A stretch of 63,398 nucleotides of DNA, filler included, from Malassezia furfur (taxonomy: Eukaryota): NCBI GenBank assembly GCA_052055015.1. It is 31 parts of 31 records of this genome, joined end to end, with 100 filler letters (N's around TTAATTAATTAA, not from the genome) between each part and the next. Parts side by side here need not be neighbours in the genome. Positions count along the whole stretch, not along the records: positions 57,544 to 59,431 come from JBQJIT010001025.1; positions 59,532 to 61,415 come from JBQJIT010001026.1; positions 61,516 to 63,398 come from JBQJIT010001027.1; 28 more parts are not named here. One strand, given 5' to 3'. The position numbers and the translations under genes are program-made. The notes below the pieces were generated by a model. It was not told where the DNA came from, searched no databases, and saw only the letters and a program-made list of their open reading frames with translations. Shown in pieces: positions 57,544 through 63,398 of the stretch (its first letter is position 1; each line of letters begins with the position of its first letter).

Positions 57544-59431
57544 CGACGCGCTCGTCGCGCGGCGACGATCTGGGCGGCGCCTCGTCGGCGATGTCGCATG
57601 GCGCGGCGCGGGCGCTGCCGAGTTTGCCGCTCTCGGCGCTGCCACGCGCGGTGCGTGGGCGTACCGGGGCCGATGCCTGGCCACTCACCATGTCAGGCAA
57701 GGACTATGCGGCGGCATTTGGCGACGAGGTCGACGATAGCTCCGACGACGAGCCGCGGCACACGCTGAGTGCGGCGCGGCTCGGTGGTGGTGGTGGCAGT
57801 GCGCTTCTTGAAAACGGTCCAGCGCCGGCGCCGGGCGGCCACAGCACTGCGACGGACCCCATGGGCCGCGTGCGTCGCGACGGCGATCCGCTGGCGGACG
57901 TCGACCCGCTGGGGGTGGACATGCAAATCGACTTCACCCATGTTGGCGGCCTGGAGTCGCACGTGCAGCAGCTCAAGGAGATGGTGAGCCTGCCGTTGCT
58001 GTACCCCGAGCTCTTCCAGCAATTTGGCGTGTCGCCGCCGCGCGGTGTGCTCTTCCATGGCCCGCCCGGCACCGGCAAGACGCTGATCGCGCGTGCGCTT
58101 GCGGCGAGCTGCTCGACCTCCGGGCAGACCATCTCGTTCTTTATGCGGAAGGGCGCCGACTGCCTGTCCAAGTGGGTTGGCGAGGCGGAGCGTCAGCTGC
58201 GCCTGCTGTTTGAGGAGGCGAAGAATGCGCAGCCGAGCATCATCTTCTTTGACGAGATCGATGGTTTGGCGCCTGTGCGCTCGAGCAAGCAGGACCAGAT
58301 CCATGCGAGCATTGTGAGCACGCTCCTCGCGCTCATGGACGGCATGGAGGGGCGTGGGCAGGTCGTGGTGATTGGTGCCACGAATCGCCCCGACTCGATC
58401 GACCCTGCGTTGCGGCGCCCGGGGCGCTTTGACCGCGAGTTTTACTTCCCGCTGCCGAGCAAAGCGGCGCGACACAGCATCCTTGCGATCCACACGCGCA
58501 AATGGAACCCGCCGCTCGATCCGCAGCTGCAAGAGATGCTTGCCGAGGCGACGAACGGCTTCGGCGGCGCAGACCTGCGTGCGCTGTGTACCGAGGCGAC
58601 GCTCAACGCCATCCAGCGGCACTACCCCCAGATCTACGGCACATCCGACCGCCTCGAGCTCGACCCTGCGTCGGTGCAGGTCAGCGCGCGCGACTTTGTG
58701 CTGGCGCTCGAAAGTACGTCGATCCTGCTCACCCAGAACTCGTGCCGTCTTCGGCACGTGCCGCGCATGCCGCCGCGGCACCGCTGCCCACGCACCTGGT
58801 GCCGCTCGTGGGCAGCGCCGTGGACGACGCCTACGCGGTGTGCCGCCGCATGCTGCCTCCCAAGGACGCGCGCTCGGCGCTCGAAGAGGCGCTGTGGGAG
58901 CCTGATCCGGCGTACGCCCACCGCTGGCCGGCGCCGCTCACGGCCGACACGCCGGCGGGCGCCCTGGAGCGCGAGCTGCTGCAGCAGTCGTTCGAGCGCA
59001 CGCGCGTCTATCGCCCGCGCCTGCTGGTGCACGGCGAGCCGGGTATGGGCCAGGCGGCAGTCGCTGCGGCGCTGCTGCACCGCCTCGAAGGCTACGCGGT
59101 GCAGACGCTGTCGCTTGCGACGCTGCTCGGCAGCACCACCGAGACGCCCGAGGCGGCGCTTGTGCAGCACTTCCACGAGGCGCGGCGCCTCAAGCCGAGC
59201 GTCATGCTCGTCCCCGAGATCGACCGGTGGGCGACACTGCTTCCCGACACGACACGCGCGGCGTTCGGCGCGCTGCTCGATACGCTCGCGCCCAACGACC
59301 CCGTGCTGCTCGTGGGGGTGTCGAGTCTGCCCTTCTTTGAGCTCGCGCCCGAGGTGCGCGGCTGGTTCGGCATCGTGCCGGCGCTTGGGTATGGCGTCGG
59401 CGAACTCGGACGGGGGCCGCGCGGCCTGGCG
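57544..59431 (+). CDS. YTA7: Yta7/ATAD2 chromatin AAA+ ATPase (fragment)
   Basis: FFMRKGADCLSKWVGEAERQL, RSSKQDQIHASIVSTLL; 23-nt intron 58714-58736 gives EKLVPSSAR. Confidence 0.93.
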
Positions 59432-59531
59432 NNNNNNNNNNNNNNNNNNNNNNNNNNNNNNNNNNNNNNNNNNNNTTAATTAATTAANNNNNNNNNNNNN
59501 NNNNNNNNNNNNNNNNNNNNNNNNNNNNNNN

Positions 59532-60180
59532 ATGCCGCCCGCCGGGAAGGCGCCGGCCGGCGGCATGGGCAGCAGCTCGTCGGCGGGCGCGTACGGCACG
59601 GCGTGGCCGAAGCGCTTGAAGCGCGGGCGGCTCTCGCGCGCGTACGGCGCGAGCGCGGGGAGTGCCATGAGGGAGTGCAGCAGCGACTCGATGTACTCGG
59701 CGTGCGAGGCGGTCTGGGTGAGCGGCCGGGCGACGTACCATCTCGGCCGTGTTGACTGCGACGCGGATCTTGTCCTCGCCGCCCATCTTGTATGCGCGCG
59801 CCTCCTCGGCGACCTCCTTGAGCGCAAGGAGCCGCTCGCCGGGCGAGACGTGGGGGTCCTCAATCACCGCCGCGAGGTTCTGCAGGCGCTGCGTGAGCGA
59901 GTTGAGGTGCGCTGCGTGAGCAAAGGCACGTACATCCGAGCACGGCGTCGAGCTCGCGCAGGTCCGAGAAGCTGCGCGTAAACTCGAGCGGGAGCGCGTC
60001 GAGCGCGTCCGAGTAGGTGACGAGCAGCATGTAGAGTGCGACGTCGTCCTCGGTGAGCGGCCCGTCCGGCAGGCGGGACTTGGGGAAGAACGAGTGCACG
60101 GCCTCCATGGAGGCGGTCATGGCGGGGTGCATGCCCTCCTGCATCATCGGCCGCCCGGGTGGCGCCGTGGGGACCACCAT
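59532..60180 (-). CDS. ING-family protein N-terminal domain (Pho23/Yng2-like), 3' truncated
   Basis: YSDALDALPLEFTRSFSDLRELDA, GEDKIRVA; introns 59912-59933 (22 nt) and 59714-59738 (25 nt). Confidence 0.75.
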
Positions 60181-60373
60181 GCTGCTGCCGACGACCGTAT
60201 GCCAAAAAGCTGCACGTCCGCGCACGCCGCGGCGCCCTTTTGGATGTGGAGGCCGTGCGGCCAACGGCCCGCGCAAAGCGGCACGTGGACATCGATGCGA
60301 CGATCGGCCGAGGCGCACGCGCGAAAAAAAGAAGAGTTCGGCACTGGCGCCGGGCTGCCCAACCCCCGTTACC

Positions 60374-61216
60374 ATGACGCTGCCCGACTTTTCGAACAAC
60401 ACGGTGCTCGGCAAGCTCGAGAGCTTCCTGAAGGACAAGTCGTACATCCACGGGTACGTGTTTCTCTCTGCGGCGTGGCGTGCGGGATGAATTTTGCTTT
60501 GGTCCGTGTTTCCGAGTCCAGCGGCTTAAGACACCGCGCCTTTTGCGTTGACGACACCCCTCTTTCCAAGCCCACTGACACGCCCCGCCGCAGAGCGCCT
60601 GGCGCGCCGAGCAGCATACTGACCCCACAGCCACGAGGCCTCGCAGGCGGACGTTGCCGTGCACGAGAAGATCCCCTCGGAGCCGGAGCAGAGCACCTTC
60701 CCCCACATCTCGCGCTGGTGGAACCACATCAAGTCGCTCGACTTCAAGAGCCTGCCCGGTAACAAGGCCGACGCCGAGAAGTCGCTTCAGTTCGAGGACG
60801 CCAAGGCGGCCCCCGCTGCTGCCGAGGACGACGACGAGGTCGACCTGTTCGGCTCGGACGAGGACGAGGTCGACCCCGAGGCGGAGCGCATCAAGGCCGA
60901 GCGTGTCAAGGAGTACGAGGCGCGCAAGGCCAACAAGCCCAAGCCCGTCCAGAAGTCGGTCGTGACCTTCGAGGTCAAGCCGTGGGACGACGAGACCGAC
61001 CTCAAGGCCATGGAGGAGGAGGTCCGTGCCATCGAGATGGATGGCCTCGTCTGGGGTGCCTCGAAGCTCGTGCCCGTCGGCTACGGTGTGAACAAGCTCC
61101 AGATCACCATCGTCGTCGAGGACGACAAGGTGTCGATGGACGAGCTCCAGGAGCGCGTCCAGGACCTCGAGGACTACGTCCAGTCGTCCGACATTGCTGC
61201 CATGCAGAAGCTCTAA
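60374..61216 (+). CDS. EFB1: Translation elongation factor 1-beta
   Basis: [40 protein letters not shown]; 177-nt intron 60454-60630. Confidence 0.96.
60480..60582 (+). ncRNA. snR18: Intronic box C/D snoRNA, U18/snR18 homologue
   Basis: C-like box GGGATGA 60484-60490, guide TTGGTCCGTGTTT 60499-60511, D' CCGA, C'-like TGACGA 60549-60554, D box CTGA 60575-60578, long flanking stem. Confidence 0.88.
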
Positions 61217-61515
61217 ATGGATGGGTAGTCCTACGTAGCCCGACATGCTCGCTGGCCTACAACTGGTTCAGGAAGTCGGCGAGGCCGCCGCGCGCAGGCG
61301 CCGGCTGCGGCGTACTCGCCTTTTTCTGCTGCAAAAGGGCGCGCAGGCCCTCTTTGTGGTCGGCGGCGGCGTGGGGCCGTCGCCGTGCCGAGCCCGCGCG
61401 CGCGGCGCCGGCCCANNNNNNNNNNNNNNNNNNNNNNNNNNNNNNNNNNNNNNNNNNNNTTAATTAATTAANNNNNNNNNNNNNNNNNNNNNNNNNNNNN
61501 NNNNNNNNNNNNNNN

Positions 61516-61646
<131 letters not shown>

Positions 61647-61749
61647 GCAGCGAGGTAGTTCGGCCGAGTCGTAACCCTAGACGGGCCGCCCGTGCGCACC
61701 GGTGCCGAGGAGCGCGGGGGCTGCCGGAGTGGAGCGCCCTCGTTCCACG

Positions 61750-63263
61750 ATGCCCGAGTCGAAGGAAGCCAACGTAGGTGGCCGTGCTTACCCCGCAGCC
61801 CATCTCGCTGTACAGCCGCGCGAGCAACTGCTTTGAGCCGCCGCACGCGAGCGAGGACGTCCTGCACAAGAAGGCGGAGCACTTCAAGAAGCTCTTCCAT
61901 GTGAGCGACGAGCAGCTGCGCGTCATCACGGACCGCTTCATCGATGTGCTGCGCGAGGGTCTGGAGCACGAGAAGCAGACGGTGGTACGTGGAAGAGCCT
62001 CTGACGCAGCCCATGCTTCCTACGTTCGTGTTCGGCTGGCCGACCGGCAAGGAAAAGGGCGACTACCTCTCGCTCGACCTGGGCGGCACCAACCTGCGTG
62101 TGTGTCTCGTGGAGCTCAAGGGCGAGGGCAAGTTTGAGATCACCCAGTCCAAGTTCCGCCTCACCGAGGAGCAGAAGCAGGAGGACGGCGAGAAGCTGTT
62201 CGACTTCTGCGCCAAGTGCGTCAAGGACTTTGTCGAGAAGCACTACGGCTCGTGTGCGCTGCACGAGCACCTCTCGCTCGGTTTCACGTTCAGCTACCCC
62301 ATCGTCCAGAACGCGATCGACCACGGCGAGCTGATCCGCTGGACCAAGGGCTTCGGCAACCCCAACACCGAGGGCCACGACTGTGCGGCGATGCTGCGCG
62401 AGGCGCTCAAGCGCCACGACGTGCCCGTGCAGCTCAGCTCGATCATCAACGACACGACCGGCACGCTGATTGCGTCCAACTACGTCGAGCCGGACACCAA
62501 GATTGCGTGCATCTTCGGCACGGGGTGCAATGCCGCGTACATGGAGCACATCAGCGAGATCCCCAAGATTGCGCACCTGCACCTGCCCAAGGACGAGGAC
62601 ATGGCGATCAACTGCGAGTACGGTGCGTTTGACTCGTTCGAGCACAAGCACCTGCACGACGTGCGCACCAAGTACGACGAGTACATCGACCTGCACTCGA
62701 ACAAGCCGCACGAGCAGGCGTACGAAAAGATGATCGCCGGGCTGTACCTCGGCGAGATCTTCCGTCTGGTGCTGTGCGACCTGGTGGACGAGGGTGTGCT
62801 CTTCCTGGGCCAGGAGACGTACAAGATCGAGAAGCCGTTCAGCTTCGACACCGCGTTCCTTTCGCTGATCGAGACGGACCCCACCGACGAGCTGCTCACG
62901 GTCATGGGCCTGTTCAAGTTCTTCTTCTCGCTCGAGACCGAGTACAACGAGCGGGTCTTTTTCCGCGAGCTCTCGTGCGCGATCGGCACGCGCTCGGCGC
63001 GCCTGAGCGCGTGCGGCATTGCGGCGATCGTCAAGAAGATGGACTACCTCAACTCGGGCTGCACGGTCGGCTGCGACGGCAGTCTGTACTCCAAGTACCC
63101 CAACTTCCCCGACCGCGTGCACAAGTCGCTCGAGGCCATCCTGGGGCCCAAGGGACGCAACATCAAGACGCGCCAGGCCGAGGACGGCTCGGGCGCCGGC
63201 TCGGCGGTGATTGCGGCCATGACCAAGTCGCGCAAGGAAGAGGGCATTTACAAGAACCTGTAA
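61750..63263 (+). CDS. HXK: Hexokinase
   Basis: LDLGGTNLRV, LGFTFSYP, WTKGF, INDTTGT, AEDGSGAG; 25-nt introns 61774-61798 and 61985-62009. Confidence 0.93.
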
Positions 63264-63398
63264 ACGTAGACGCACAGATACACACGAGGTGCAATACATC
63301 GTTGAGGAGGTCGGCTACTCTACAGGCCCGTACGGGCAGAGGAGACTATGCGCGCGTGCACCGCCGGGTTGAGCCGGGGTGTGTGGGGCGTCGGGGGC

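Noticed and set aside
2032..61515. Regularly spaced TTAATTAATTAA as a repeat family, piggyBac TTAA target or CRISPR-like array
   Set aside because: Always centred in N runs of fixed length between size-sorted contigs; it is an assembly linker. ORF ends reading LIN derive from it.

Overview
This window is not contiguous DNA. It is 31 unlinked contigs of about 1.9-2.0 kb, sorted by decreasing length (2031 to 1883 nt) and joined by an artificial 100-nt linker (N44-TTAATTAATTAA-N44). Gene neighbourhood is therefore meaningful only within a contig. The content is an extremely compact, roughly 70% GC eukaryotic genome. Gene families, density and intron style point to a basidiomycete yeast, most plausibly a high-GC Malassezia (inference). 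About 45 full or partial genes can be read, mostly housekeeping (VPS23, GPN2, MEC1, SEC8, AFG2, HapX, MSH6, RFA1, PRE4, NSP1, TOM1, NDC1, COX15, MDN1, YTA7, EFB1, hexokinase, UDP-galactopyranose mutase). All gene names come from motifs I recognise, not from database searches. The main signal is a population of very short spliceosomal introns. I read 30 introns of 21-37 nt (25 are 27 nt or shorter, median 24) with the architecture GTACGT-N(5-10)-CTSAC-SCAG. The single long intron (177 nt, EFB1) hosts a U18/snR18-like box C/D snoRNA. Other points of note: a Gly-rich/collagen-like protein with acidic CxxC repeats, CACGTG recurring in tiny promoters, a GATA-like palindrome upstream of HapX, a truncated WDR59/Sea3, a palindrome-rich 417-nt intergenic island, a 22-24-nt minisatellite and one contig of much lower GC.
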